Assembly (NCBI GenBank): GCA_963718525.1
Contig: OY970355.1
Location: 2,184,025 to 2,248,024, forward strand
Reading direction: 5' to 3'
Origin: Candidatus Dormiibacterota bacterium
GTDB taxonomy: Bacteria > Chloroflexota > Dormibacteria > Aeolococcales > Aeolococcaceae
DNA length: 64,000 nt
Part shown: positions 48,282 to 58,493 of the stretch, piece by piece
Layout of the letters: the number at the start of each line of letters is the position of its first letter
Position numbering within the stretch: the stretch's first letter is position 1
Made by a program: the position numbers and the translations under genes
The notes under the pieces: generated by a model
Seen by the model: the letters and a program-made list of their open reading frames with translations, nothing else
The model's database searches: none
What the model was told of the DNA's origin: nothing

Positions 48282-50467
48282 CTCTGAGCGTCGGCAACAT
48301 CGTTCCCGCGGACATACGCCTCCTCGAGGTCGACTCCCTGGAGTGCGACGAAGCCGTGCTCACCGGCGAGTCGCTACCCGTGCCCAAGACCGCGGAGCCG
48401 CAGCCGGATGCGGCCGGCGTCAACCTCGCTTCCTGCGTGTTCATGGGCACCATCGTCCACGAGGGGGCGGCTCGCGGCGTGGTGGTCGCAACGGGCCCCG
48501 CGACGGCGTTCGGTGGCATCGCATCCGGTCTTGCGGAGCCTGCGACGGCCTCCGCATTCCAGCAGGGTTTGAGCAGCTTCTCGACACTTCTGGTCCGCGT
48601 CGCCGGGGTGCTCACACTGACCATCTTCGTCTTCAACATCGCCTTCCACAAACCGATCCTCGATGCATTGCTTTTCTCGCTGGCCATCGCGGTGGGCATC
48701 ACCCCGGAGCTGATGCCCGCAATCGTCACCGTGGGGCTGTCGAGTGGATCACGCGCACTGGCTCGGCGCAAGGTGCTGGTCAAACGACTGGTCGCGATCG
48801 AAGATCTCGGCAATATCCAGATCCTCTTCACCGACAAGACCGGGACGCTTACCGAAGGGGCGATCACGTTCGATCGTAGCCTCGGGGCAGATGGCCAGCC
48901 TTCAGACTCGCCGCTGCGCTTCGGCCTCGTGTGCAACGAGTCCACCCCAGGAACCGGTGGACCGGTTGGGGGCAATCCGCTCGATCAGGCACTGTGGCAG
49001 AGCCCACGGTGTGCGGCCCTCACCCAGCTTCCCGACGGCCCCTCGGCGTTCGCTCGAATGGGACGCGTCCCATTCGACCACGAGCGGCAGATGGCGTCGG
49101 TGCTGGTCGACGGACCCACGGGGCGCTTGCTGGTCGCCAAAGGCGCGCCTGAATCGGTGCTCGCACGGTGCGTCGGGCTACCCGAGGCGGCAGGACCGAC
49201 CCTGGATCGACTCTTCGCTGAGGGCGCTCGCGTGGTCGCGGTGGCAACCCGAACTGGAACGACCACAAGACCCTGCGCGGACGACGAGCGGGATCTGACC
49301 CTGGTCGGGTATCTCACCTTCGTTGACCGACCTAAGGTGGATGCGGGCGACGCGATCGCCCGGCTGCATGGGCTCGGCATCGAGGTCAAGATCATCACTG
49401 GCGACAACGGCACCGTCGCGGCGACGGTGTGCCGGCACATCGGTGTCGATCCCGGGACGGTCGTGACGGGCACGGAGATCGATGCCCTGGACGACGATGC
49501 GCTTGCCCTGGTAATCACCCGGACACGGGTCTTCGCGCGGGTCAGTCCAGATCAGAAGTCTCGGATCATCAAGGTCACGAGGCGAACAGGCGTCGACGTC
49601 GCGTTCCTTGGCGATGGTGTTAACGACGCCGTTGCTCTGCACCACGCGGACGTCGGCATCTCAGTGGACTCTGCAACTGACGTCGCGAAAGATGCGGCGG
49701 ACATCGTGCTCCTCGACAAGGATCTTGGCGTGCTGGCCGATGGCGTTGTCGAGGGTCGGCGCGTCTTCGCCAACACCATCAAGTACGTCCTGATGGCGAC
49801 ATCTTCGAACTTCGGTAACATGTTCAGTGCCGCGGTCGCCTCGGTATTTCTCTCGTTCCTGCCGATGCTGCCGTCGCAGATTCTGCTCAACAACCTGCTT
49901 TACAATGCGGGCCAGCTCGCAATCCCCACGGACGCGGTGGACTCCGAAACCCTGGCTCGACCCGCCGCGTGGGACATCGCCTTTGTTCGGCGGTTCATGA
50001 TCGTCTTCGGCCCAGTGAGCTCCGTGTTCGACTTTCTCACCTTCTTCGTCATGCTCGACCTGCTCAGCGCGGGCCACAGTGAGTTCCGGACGGGTTGGTT
50101 CGTGGAGTCGCTCGCAACGCAGACACTGGTGATCTATGTCATTCGCACTCGGCGGGTCCCTTTCCTACGTAGCCGGCCGAGCCCGGCGATGCTGGTGCTT
50201 CCGCCTTTATGCGCATTGGTCGGTGCGATCGTTCCCTTCACACCGGTCGCGCGCATCCTGGGATTCTCACCATTACCACCGCTCTTCTTCCTGATCCTGG
50301 TCGCGATGATCGCGACATATCTCGGCCTGGTGGAATGCGCCAAAATCGTCTTCTACGCTGCGCACCCCCGGGCGTTCGCGAAACCTCCGTCCACGCATCC
50401 CGATCGACTTACCCGAAGAATCGTCCGCCGGCTCAGCCATTTCACGCGCCATCAGTCAGCGGGATGA
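48278..50467 (+). CDS. mgtA: MgtA-type (magnesium-importing) P-type ATPase, 5'-truncated and probably non-functional
   Basis: DKTGTLT, TGDN and GDGVNDAVAL motifs. The MgtA-like C-terminal membrane domain has LPMLPSQILLNNLLYNAGQLAIPTDAVD. The ORF begins inside the actuator domain (LSVGNIVPADIRLLEV...LTGESLPV), so roughly 150-180 N-terminal residues including TM1-2 are missing. Confidence 0.8.
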   Translation: MTLSVGNIVPADIRLLEVDSLECDEAVLTGESLPVPKTAEPQPDAAGVNLASCVFMGTIVHEGAARGVVVATGPATAFGGIASGLAEPATASAFQQGLSSFSTLLVRVAGVLTLTIFVFNIAFHKPILDALLFSLAIAVGITPELMPAIVTVGLSSGSRALARRKVLVKRLVAIEDLGNIQILFTDKTGTLTEGAITFDRSLGADGQPSDSPLRFGLVCNESTPGTGGPVGGNPLDQALWQSPRCAALTQLPDGPSAFARMGRVPFDHERQMASVLVDGPTGRLLVAKGAPESVLARCVGLPEAAGPTLDRLFAEGARVVAVATRTGTTTRPCADDERDLTLVGYLTFVDRPKVDAGDAIARLHGLGIEVKIITGDNGTVAATVCRHIGVDPGTVVTGTEIDALDDDALALVITRTRVFARVSPDQKSRIIKVTRRTGVDVAFLGDGVNDAVALHHADVGISVDSATDVAKDAADIVLLDKDLGVLADGVVEGRRVFANTIKYVLMATSSNFGNMFSAAVASVFLSFLPMLPSQILLNNLLYNAGQLAIPTDAVDSETLARPAAWDIAFVRRFMIVFGPVSSVFDFLTFFVMLDLLSAGHSEFRTGWFVESLATQTLVIYVIRTRRVPFLRSRPSPAMLVLPPLCALVGAIVPFTPVARILGFSPLPPLFFLILVAMIATYLGLVECAKIVFYAAHPRAFAKPPSTHPDRLTRRIVRRLSHFTRHQSAG

Positions 50468-50605
50468 CGTGGCGCGATGCCGGGTCCGGCGCAAGAGAAG
50501 ATCAGTGCGTTTTCAAGGCCGGAGGCGTGGTCACAAGTCGGGACCAACGCCTCTTGACAGGCCTCCGATCTGGCTATTAGATGAGCCTTGACTGACCAAT
50601 CACAG

Positions 50606-51181
50606 ATGCCTAAGGCGGAAGTTGTGAGCACGCAGAAGATCGTTGTGGGAGTGAATGGGTCGGCGGCATCGGACGCCGCACTCGAATGGGCAATCCAGGA
50701 GGCAGCATCCCGCGGCGCCGAGATCATCGCGGTGCATGTGCTGAAGCCTATCGCCGCCTCTGGCGGTACGACAGTGAGAGACGTTCGCCTGCGGGAGTTC
50801 GACTACCTGGGCGACGAGGTGCGATCGCATGTCAAGAAGGAGTTGTTTGGGCCCCTGACCAAGCATCGGATCATCGTTGCCGAAGGGCATCCAGCAACAG
50901 GGATATTGCACGTCGCCGACACCGAGGACGCAGATCTCATCGTAGTGGGCAATGGGCAACACAGCACGATGGAGGATCTCTTCCTCGGGAGTGTTGCCCA
51001 CGAGTTGACCCACAAAACACGGCGTCCTTTTGCGTTGATTCCTTCGGCGAGGCGCGTCGGAGCGATCGACGCCATGGGACGCGATCAACGAACCGCGCCT
51101 ACACCGAGGCAGACTTGGTCGCATCGGACCGGCGATCAGATCGATGAGGTCGCAGCGGGCGCACTCGAACTGGTTCGGTAG
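50606..51181 (+). CDS. Universal stress protein (UspA family)
   Basis: KIVVGVNGSAASDAALEWAIQEAASRGAEIIAVHV...LIVVGNGQHSTMEDLFLGSVAHEL. TTG 50588 is an alternative start. Confidence 0.8.
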   Translation: MPKAEVVSTQKIVVGVNGSAASDAALEWAIQEAASRGAEIIAVHVLKPIAASGGTTVRDVRLREFDYLGDEVRSHVKKELFGPLTKHRIIVAEGHPATGILHVADTEDADLIVVGNGQHSTMEDLFLGSVAHELTHKTRRPFALIPSARRVGAIDAMGRDQRTAPTPRQTWSHRTGDQIDEVAAGALELVR

Positions 51182-51652
51182 CTCCTTCGACGGGCTCCTC
51201 GGTGCGAACGCTGCTAGCAAGACCACCGTGACCCGCTTATAGTTGAGTTCGTGCGCCCGTCGCAGGTGGTAGTGCTGGCGAGCACCCACGACTGCATCGG
51301 GCTGCGGCGGCCCTTGTGCTTGAAGCGCGCCGCATCCGAGCCGCCTTGAGACCCGGTCAGGCAGTCCCCTCCCAAAATCCAGGGACACGCAACAGCGGCA
51401 AGGCGGTGCCCACGGTTCGGGCACATCCGCAAACGATCTGTGTGACCAAGGACCCTGGCATCGCTCCGAGTCCAGCGTCAAGCTGCGCTTTGGGTCTAGC
51501 GCGCGTGCGAGGAGACAACCCACATGGTAGTAACTGCAGGAGCCGGTACAACTGTCGCGCCGGCTGGGGATCTTCATGCTCTCCTCTGGCGACGGAAGTG
51601 CTCACGTCCCTCCGGCTAGCCGTGGATGACTAAAGAGTTGGATGGCTAAAGA

Positions 51653-52561
51653 ATGAGAGCAGCACGGATGCCCGCTGTCGTTGCCCTGGCCGCATTGGCC
51701 CTGATCTGTCTCTATTCGGCCTTTACCGTCGGCAGAGTCCTCTTTTCGAATGCGCCACAAGAGGTCGCGTTTACCCTGGGCACTGTCGATCGGGATGTGA
51801 CCTACTGCGGATCACAAACACTGGATCTCTATCTCCCTCGTGAGGCTGCGACGCATCCCCTTCCCATCGCGATGTACGTCCACGGCGGAGGTTTGACCTC
51901 GGGTGATAAGTCGGACATCAACCCGGTCTTCCTCGACGCCCTTGCCTCGGCCGGCTACGCGGCGGCAAGCATCAACTATCGACTTGCGCCGATGTCCAAG
52001 TTTCCGGCGCAGATCGAGGATGTCAAGTGCGCAATCCGATTTCTGCGCAGCAATGCACCGAAATATGATCTGAACGCGAAGGAGATGTTCGCATTCGGCA
52101 CCAGTGCTGGAGGACAGCTTGTCGCGCTTGCCGCACTCGCTGGCCCACACTCGGCCTTCGATGTCGGCGCTTACCTAGCGGAGCCGAGCAGTGTTACGGC
52201 AGTTGCCGATATGTTCGGGCCCGCGAACCTGGCACAAGGAGGAGGCTATTCAACCGCAGGCGTTCAACAAGCCTTCAGCCAACAGGGCGACACAGTGCTG
52301 GCCAGCCCGACCCACTTCGTTGCAGCACACGCGCCGCCAATCCTGATCGTTCAGGGTGTGGACGACGCGAAGGTCATTGAGTTGCAGTCGACTGAACTGT
52401 ACGACGACCTGAGAGCCGTGGGCGACCAGACGCAGATTGTCCTGGTCCAGAACATGGGGCACATGTTCGTGCAGGTTGGCTCAAGACCGATTGATCCAAG
52501 CCTCGCGCAGATTGCGCAGGACATGGTGAACTTCTTCGGTCGCGACGCCGGGGGTGGGTGA
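51653..52561 (+). CDS. Secreted alpha/beta hydrolase (esterase/lipase, Abhydrolase_3-like)
   Basis: N-terminal signal-like helix, HGGG oxyanion motif (YVHGGGLTSGDK) and a GxSxG nucleophile (GTSAGGQL). Confidence 0.8.
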   Translation: MRAARMPAVVALAALALICLYSAFTVGRVLFSNAPQEVAFTLGTVDRDVTYCGSQTLDLYLPREAATHPLPIAMYVHGGGLTSGDKSDINPVFLDALASAGYAAASINYRLAPMSKFPAQIEDVKCAIRFLRSNAPKYDLNAKEMFAFGTSAGGQLVALAALAGPHSAFDVGAYLAEPSSVTAVADMFGPANLAQGGGYSTAGVQQAFSQQGDTVLASPTHFVAAHAPPILIVQGVDDAKVIELQSTELYDDLRAVGDQTQIVLVQNMGHMFVQVGSRPIDPSLAQIAQDMVNFFGRDAGGG

Positions 52562-53335
52562 ATGAACACACTGTCGTCAACGGGGTCCGACGCCAACGCC
52601 CAGGCCAGGGCCGGGCGTCTGATAGTCGCTGGGTATGCGGCTGCGGCCTTGGGTCTGGTTGCGTTTCTCACGATCAACGGAATGTCAGGAGTCTCCGCAT
52701 TTGTTGAGATCGGCACGACGGCTTTGGTTGTGGTCGGACTCCTGCTTCCGGCTGTAGGAATGCTGCAATTGAGAAGGACCATAGATGGAAGTCGAAAGGC
52801 GGCAAGAGATGGCCTGGCCTTGCAGGCGCTCGGGCTGGTTGGTCTGCTGCTTGGGTTGGTTCCCCTCCAGATCTCGTCGTCTCTCTCTGCCTTGTACGGA
52901 ATCAGTGCCGTCGTGATCGTCGCGGCGGCCGCATCGGCGGTGGGTGGCGCATCCCTGACACGCAGCCATCTTCGGGGCATCAATGCTGCGCTTGGCCGAG
53001 GTGCTGACTACCTGATACTCGGCATGGTGCTCATCTTCGCCGGCGTGGCATTGATTCTCGGGTCGAACGTGGCCTCCTACTTTGTCCTCTCAGGCGTTGG
53101 GAACACGGTCTATTGCGATGTGGGTGCGACGATCTCAGCCTGCGGCTCTGTAACCGCAGCGTACGCATGCTTCGTGATGCACGCTCGCACGCGGCTCGGC
53201 TTGGCATCCCTTGAGTATGTGGACGAACCGCATGACAGCGCTGAAGGCGATACTCGGCGTCAAGGGAAGTGGCGCAAGGGAACGCGAACTATCGGTGGCG
53301 ACGTCTTGCCTAGTCCAATGGGCCACCAGAGCTAG
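52562..53335 (+). CDS. Hypothetical integral membrane protein
   Basis: Several hydrophobic helices. The ATG directly follows the esterase stop (TGAATG). No recognisable domain. Confidence 0.55.
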   Translation: MNTLSSTGSDANAQARAGRLIVAGYAAAALGLVAFLTINGMSGVSAFVEIGTTALVVVGLLLPAVGMLQLRRTIDGSRKAARDGLALQALGLVGLLLGLVPLQISSSLSALYGISAVVIVAAAASAVGGASLTRSHLRGINAALGRGADYLILGMVLIFAGVALILGSNVASYFVLSGVGNTVYCDVGATISACGSVTAAYACFVMHARTRLGLASLEYVDEPHDSAEGDTRRQGKWRKGTRTIGGDVLPSPMGHQS

Positions 53336-53361
53336 GACTTTCGCCTCTTGCAGCTGGTTCG

Positions 53362-54048
53362 ATGCGGTCCGACACTGATGTCAGATTCCGATTTCAACCC
53401 AAAGGAGGTGCGCTGATAGCACTCATGGGAATGCGTTCAGGGACCGCGGTCAGATCGACTCCCGCCCCCGCCTACGAATGGACCGCCGTCGCGCTCGCGG
53501 GCATCTGGCTGAGTGTGGTCTTGGCAAGCATCTTTGCGCCGCCGATGGTCACCGGTACCCAGCACGACCAAGCTCCCGTCGCCGCGTTTGCGGACTGGAT
53601 CTGGGGAGCAATCGCTACGGGGGCGGTGCTTCGAACGTCGATGAAAGGGATCCGCGTGGGAGCGACGTCACGAGCAGCCTGGGTAACGCTGGGAGTCTCG
53701 GTTGCGGTCGTGTGGGTTGGGGTTCTCCTAGTCAGCGTCTTCACCCCGGACTTCGTGACCGGCACCGATCCCACTCGCCTGCCGTTCGGAGCGATGCTGA
53801 GTCCCATCGCCGGGTCGGTGCTCACCGGGATCGTTTGCAGCTTCATCAGGGCGGGCTTTCGACGGCCCAAGGCGGCTGTGGAAGAGGCGAGAGCGACGGC
53901 CCCACCGACCGCCCCAACCGTCTCGCAGAAGGCACTTGCTGCGGACGCGACCGCCATGCTTCGTCAGCTCCTGGAGCTACGCGACGCTGGCGCGATCACT
54001 CAAGAGGAATTCGACACGAAGAAACGCGAGCTTCTGAGCCGGATCTGA
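53362..54048 (+). CDS. Membrane protein with C-terminal SHOCT domain
   Basis: Four hydrophobic segments, then LRQLLELRDAGAITQEEFDTKKRELLSRI (SHOCT motif). The start is uncertain. Confidence 0.65.
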   Translation: MRSDTDVRFRFQPKGGALIALMGMRSGTAVRSTPAPAYEWTAVALAGIWLSVVLASIFAPPMVTGTQHDQAPVAAFADWIWGAIATGAVLRTSMKGIRVGATSRAAWVTLGVSVAVVWVGVLLVSVFTPDFVTGTDPTRLPFGAMLSPIAGSVLTGIVCSFIRAGFRRPKAAVEEARATAPPTAPTVSQKALAADATAMLRQLLELRDAGAITQEEFDTKKRELLSRI

Positions 54049-54049
54049 C

Positions 54050-55255
54050 GTGAAACGCACAACCATCATCGGCACTGCGATCGCCGCTCTCGGCCTCGCA
54101 GCGTGTGGCTCGACAGCCGCTCCTAGGGCTACCCCGACCCCAGCGCCGACAGTCGCTTCAACCCCTGCGCCGACGGCAACGCCCGTGCCGACTCCATCCC
54201 CCACTCCCGTGCCGCCTCCGGCGCTGGTGGTGACCGCAGGGCGGATGTCCGCGACTTCTGTGCAACTCAGCCTAGTCGGTGAGAACGGCAGTGTCGTCGC
54301 CACGGTCGACGACCCCGGAGGCGTCGACGGCCACGCGTACTACGTCGGGTCCGACGATGTCTACTTCCTCGACGGCACCACCGTGAAGGCGTTCGGCAGA
54401 ACCGGCACGGTCTCGGTCGTGGGCGAGGTGCCGCAGGTGAAGACATCCGTCACCGCGACGGATCTCCAGGGGTACACCACGTTTGCTGTGTCCCCGGACC
54501 AGACAACGCTGGTGTTCGGTATCCCCTTGGCAATGACCTTCGACAACAGCGCGACCACCGATCATTCACAGCTCTGGACCGAGCCCACGGGGGGCACTGC
54601 CGCGGACGCGACCATGGTCTACGACGACGCCAACAACAGCGACAACGGCGGCGAGGTCCTGATGCCCTTCGCTTGGAGCAACGCCGGAATCTCGGTGTCG
54701 GAGATGTGCAAAGGACTCGGCGGAGTGGGACCGTTCCTCCAGTTCACTGGCTGCGCCCAAGCCACGTTTAACCCAACCACGCGGACGCTCACGCAGGTCC
54801 AAGTCAACAACACTTGGGGAGGGTATCTCTGTCCCGCGACAATCGCACCCGGATCGGTGTGCGTCGAGGACGGGAATTCGAGCCTGACGGTGGTGCGCAG
54901 CTCGGGCAACGAGACGATTGCCCTGCACCCTGTGAACGCAGCGGCGTACGGTCCCGTGAGCGTGTCGGGCGACGGACGCTACCTGGCGTATGGCGCGTAT
55001 GTGGGGGTCTTCGATTCCGGTTATTACGTAACCACGGTCGTGGATCTGAACACCAAACAGACCGTTTCCACCATACGGAATTTCGCGCCGGAGGTATGGC
55101 TCCCCGACGATCGTCTGGTCGGGTGGGATAACGACTTCCCGGAACGAGGAGCGACCTGGTTGCTCTCACCTGCCTTCACAAGCCGCACGAATATCTCACC
55201 CGCCCCGGCGGTAGGCGCTCTCGGGGTGCTCCCTGCCCACATCCCGCTGGCGTAG
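54050..55255 (+). CDS. Hypothetical lipoprotein
   Basis: MKRTTIIGTAIAALGLAACGS has a lipobox, followed by a Pro/Thr/Ala linker. No recognisable domain. Confidence 0.65.
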   Translation: MKRTTIIGTAIAALGLAACGSTAAPRATPTPAPTVASTPAPTATPVPTPSPTPVPPPALVVTAGRMSATSVQLSLVGENGSVVATVDDPGGVDGHAYYVGSDDVYFLDGTTVKAFGRTGTVSVVGEVPQVKTSVTATDLQGYTTFAVSPDQTTLVFGIPLAMTFDNSATTDHSQLWTEPTGGTAADATMVYDDANNSDNGGEVLMPFAWSNAGISVSEMCKGLGGVGPFLQFTGCAQATFNPTTRTLTQVQVNNTWGGYLCPATIAPGSVCVEDGNSSLTVVRSSGNETIALHPVNAAAYGPVSVSGDGRYLAYGAYVGVFDSGYYVTTVVDLNTKQTVSTIRNFAPEVWLPDDRLVGWDNDFPERGATWLLSPAFTSRTNISPAPAVGALGVLPAHIPLA

Positions 55256-55611
55256 GTCTTTAGCTCCGGGTGGGCCGAATGGGAGCTCCTCGAAACGGCC
55301 TCAGAGCGCCTGTGGGGAGGGCGGTGAGGTCAAGCCACCTGAAGCCGGACGTGGTCTGAGATCGCCGTGGGTGCGGCTAATCGCGATCGGGGCGTGTAAG
55401 GCGAGCTGGCGCTTCCACTCCATCTAGGCCTACCAAGGGTCAAATCCTTCTTGCTACACCCCCTCTAGGCGCTGCGGAGGGTCGATTCGAATTCACCGAG
55501 CGGCAACGGTCATCCCATGCGCCCGTGGTGGCATCAGGACCGTGCGGGCGTGTTCGAGGTAAGAGCACAATGGGGAAGAAGCGATCTGGGGTACGCCCAA
55601 TAGCCCTGCGT

Positions 55612-55793
55612 GGATGTCGACGCGATTCCAGCGGATTCCATTACCCGACCTATTGTCGTCATTCCAACCATTTACCAACGAAAGCCCTTATAAGTCGCAC
55701 TCACTCCGATCGCGAAATAGGTACTGGTCTGGGGGCCAGTGGTCGCAGGTTCGAGTCCTGTCTCCCCGATTCGCAGCCCATTGCACTGCAGTG
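55612..55793 (+). repeat. tRNA-Pro(GGG) 3'-half repeat unit, copy 6 (type B, degenerate core, truncated downstream arm)
   Basis: Core 55724-55769 carries one deletion and one substitution (GGGGGCCAGTGGTC). The upstream arm has GCGATTCCAGCGGATTCCA. Downstream similarity stops after ATTCGCAGCCCATTGCACTGCAGTG. Confidence 0.85.
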
Positions 55794-55810
55794 AAGATGT
55801 TTTCGCTCAG

Positions 55811-56677
55811 CTAGCTACGCCGGCCGGTCACGCGGTCAAGCGTGAGGAGGGTAAGGTCAGCGACGTTGCAGGCCTCACGTACGACCATGAGCGCCATCTC
55901 GGTAGTGACGCCGGTCGGCAAGGTGCGGCCATGGCCGGCTCCTTCAAGACCGCGCAACTTGTTGACTTGGTCGGCGATGGTCCAGGAACTCTGGAGGATT
56001 GCCTTGATATTGGTCGCTCCTACGCGGGTGGTGTCCACTTGGGAAGGAAGCAACCCGAGCCGGTCGCGAGCGAGATGCCAAAGTGGGTTGAAGTCGGCAT
56101 TTGCGGGCGCAGGGAAATCCATCTCCTGAAGAACGAATTTAGCGACCGCCTCGAGCAAGTCCTTCGCCGACCCGAGTAACTGACCCGGATCATCCGCGGC
56201 CCGGCGCAAGCGGTCGAGCTGCTCGTCGAGCGCGTCCCTGCGGCCCGGCGCAAGCGGTCGAGCTGCTCGTCGAGCGCGTCCCTGCCTCCGGTCGCGAGGT
56301 CGATGGGCCGATCCGCGTCAAAACGCCGTCGTCGGACAGGATCAGCCAGCGCGACGGAACGCCTGCTGAGCGATCCGGACGGCAGCCGGGTCATGGGTTT
56401 CGCTCGCCTTGTCGAAGCAACCGCATACCCGAAGTTCGACCAGGATTGCCTCAACTAAGCTTCGCGCGCGACGTGGCCGTCGGATAGCTGCAGTCAGGAC
56501 CGTGTGGACACGTGTTTGTTTGTTCGGTGTTTGCGTTGCCCGTGAGTAGGGATCGGCGTCGCCATATCCCGCCCCGGCCACAAAACGGCTGATGGTGGGG
56601 TGTGAAGGGCCCGCGCCGCCATAGAAGAAGCGCGCCAATGCAACCGCAACTCCGTCACTCACAGGAGCTTCGCCCAT
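55811..56677 (-). pseudogene. Abortive-infection (Abi_C-domain) protein gene, disrupted
   Basis: The C-terminal ORF has QLLGSAKDLLEAVAKFVL...NKLRGLEGAGHGR (Abi_C signature). The N-terminal ORF (56342-56677) reads MGEAPVSDGVAVALARFFYGGAGPSHPTISRF.... The two are separated by a 44-nt tandem duplication and at least one further frame change. Confidence 0.7.
56196..56283. repeat. Perfect 44-nt tandem duplication inside the Abi gene
   Basis: GCGGCCCGGCGCAAGCGGTCGAGCTGCTCGTCGAGCGCGTCCCT occurs at 56196-56239 and again at 56240-56283. Confidence 0.95.
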
Positions 56678-57110
56678 GGCTTCATTCTCCCTCGTGGTTG
56701 GCCGCTGGCATCGAGCCGAGCGATCGTCCCAAAAGTAGTTGCGGCGAATCACGACCGGTCGAGCCGACTTGCGGGGAAGGCGGGTTTCGATGGTGGAGCA
56801 GGGCGCCATGTCAACTCCCTTGAGAAGCGAGCTTGGTCTCGCTACGGCCAGGGTCGGAATACGAACCAGCATTGACCTGGGGACCAGGTTTCGGGGCTCT
56901 GCACGAGGCGCGATACGACGTTTGTTCGTTGAAAGTCGGCTGGCGTCCAGGCGGGATTCGGACTTAGACGCTACCGAACGGCGGCCCATGGGTCCTGTCA
57001 CCGGACCCGCAGCGGCCAAGAGTTTGACGGCGCCGACGGTCACTTCGGCGCGCGGGATGCCCGCGGACGAACGATCAGCCCGGAAGAGGCGATCAGTTCG
57101 GGGGGCGCTG

Positions 57111-57319
57111 GCTGTCGAAGCGAATCCACCGGATTCCAACAAGCACGATCTAGCCGTCATTCCAACCATTTCCCGACGAAAGCCCTCCAACTCGAACTCA
57201 ATCCGCATCGGGAAATAAGGACTAGTCTGGGGGACCAGGAGTAGCAGGTTCGAGTCCTGTCTCCCCGATTCGCAGCCCTTTGCAGGGCAGTGCAGCCTTG
57301 TCCAGCCAATTCCACCCCC
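57111..57319 (+). repeat. tRNA-Pro(GGG) 3'-half repeat unit, copy 7 (type B), left part, interrupted by IS256
   Basis: Core 57222-57268 has two substitutions (CCAGGAGTAGCAGG). The downstream arm ...CAGCCTTGTCCAGCCAATTCCACCCCC is cut at 57319. Confidence 0.85.
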
Positions 57320-57437
57320 AGTGATGTCCCGTAGTGTGGTGTAAATCCGGGGTGACCCCAGCGCTGCCGACGAGGTAGACAAAGAAGGCCACCGCGGAGT
57401 TCTCTTGGAAGCTCTTACCCAAACCAGGAGACCCACG

Positions 57438-58493
57438 ATGGCCCAGAACAGGATGATGCCCCCGGCACTGCTCGAGCAACTCCAGGGCGCAGACACGGAC
57501 GTGTTGCGGCGCGTCCTCGAACACGCTATGCAGCGCTTGATCGAAGCCGAGGCGTCCACCCAGATCGGCGCCGGCCCGCACGAGCGAGCTTCAACGCGCA
57601 CCACGTACCGCAACGGCTATCGGGAGCGGATCCTCGACACCGGCTCGGGACGCCTCGAGCTGCAGATCCCCAAGCTGCGCACGGGGAGCTTCTTCCCGAC
57701 CTTGCTCGAGCCGCGACGGCGTATTGATCGGGCCCTGCTGGCGGCGGTCCAGGAGGCCTACGTGCTCGGCATCAGCACTCGCAAGGTCGACGATCTCATG
57801 GCTGCGCTGGGCGGCTGCAGCATCAGTCGCAGCGAGGTGAGCAGGATCTGCGCCCTGCTCGACGAGGAGCTCGCCGAGTTCCGGGAGCGCCCCCTCGATG
57901 AGCCGTACCCGTACGTGTGGTTCGACGCCACGTACGAGAAGGTGCGTCAGGGCGCCCGCATCGTCAGCCAGGCGGCGGTGGTGGCGGTGGGCGTGCGCGA
58001 CACCGGCGAGAAGAGCGTGCTCGGCCTCGCCATTGGTGCCAGCGAGACCGAGGCCTTCTGGCTGGAGTTCTGCCGCAGCCTGGCCCGGCGCGGGCTGAGC
58101 GGCGTACAGCTGGTCATCTCCGACGCCCACGAAGGGCTGCGCAGTGCCTTGTCCCAGGTGTTCGCCGGCGCGACCTGGCAGCGCTGCAAGGTGCACTTCC
58201 TCCGCAACGTGGCCAGCGCGGTCCCCAAGCTGCACGCGCCGGCGGTGCTCGCGGTGGTGAAGTCGATCTTCCTGCAGCCCACTCGCGAGACTTCCCGTGA
58301 CGCCGTGAACCACGCGCTCAGCGTCTTGGAGCCACGCTTCCCAACTGTGGCTGCCAAGCTCCGCGCCGCTGAGGCCGATGTGCTCGCCTATCTGGACTTC
58401 CCGGTCGACCACTGGCGCTCGATCTCTTCGACCAATGCCATCGAGCGCGTCAACGCCGAGCTCGATCGTCGCGCCAAGGTGGTGGGCATCTTC
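57438..58493 (+). pseudogene. IS256-family transposase, N-terminal 352 codons (interrupted by IS110)
   Basis: MAQNRMMPPALLEQL...WLEFCRSLARRGLSGVQLVISDAHEGL...STNAIERVNAELDRRAKVVGIF. Similarity to IS256 transposases then stops abruptly. Confidence 0.85.

Noticed and set aside
56342-57613. A 423-aa ORF on the minus strand, and its mirror images 209-535 and 241-591 on the plus strand.
   Set aside because: It reads antisense through the IS256 end and straight across repeat unit 7. Only its last 111 codons (56342-56677, the Abi N-terminal part) look like real coding sequence.
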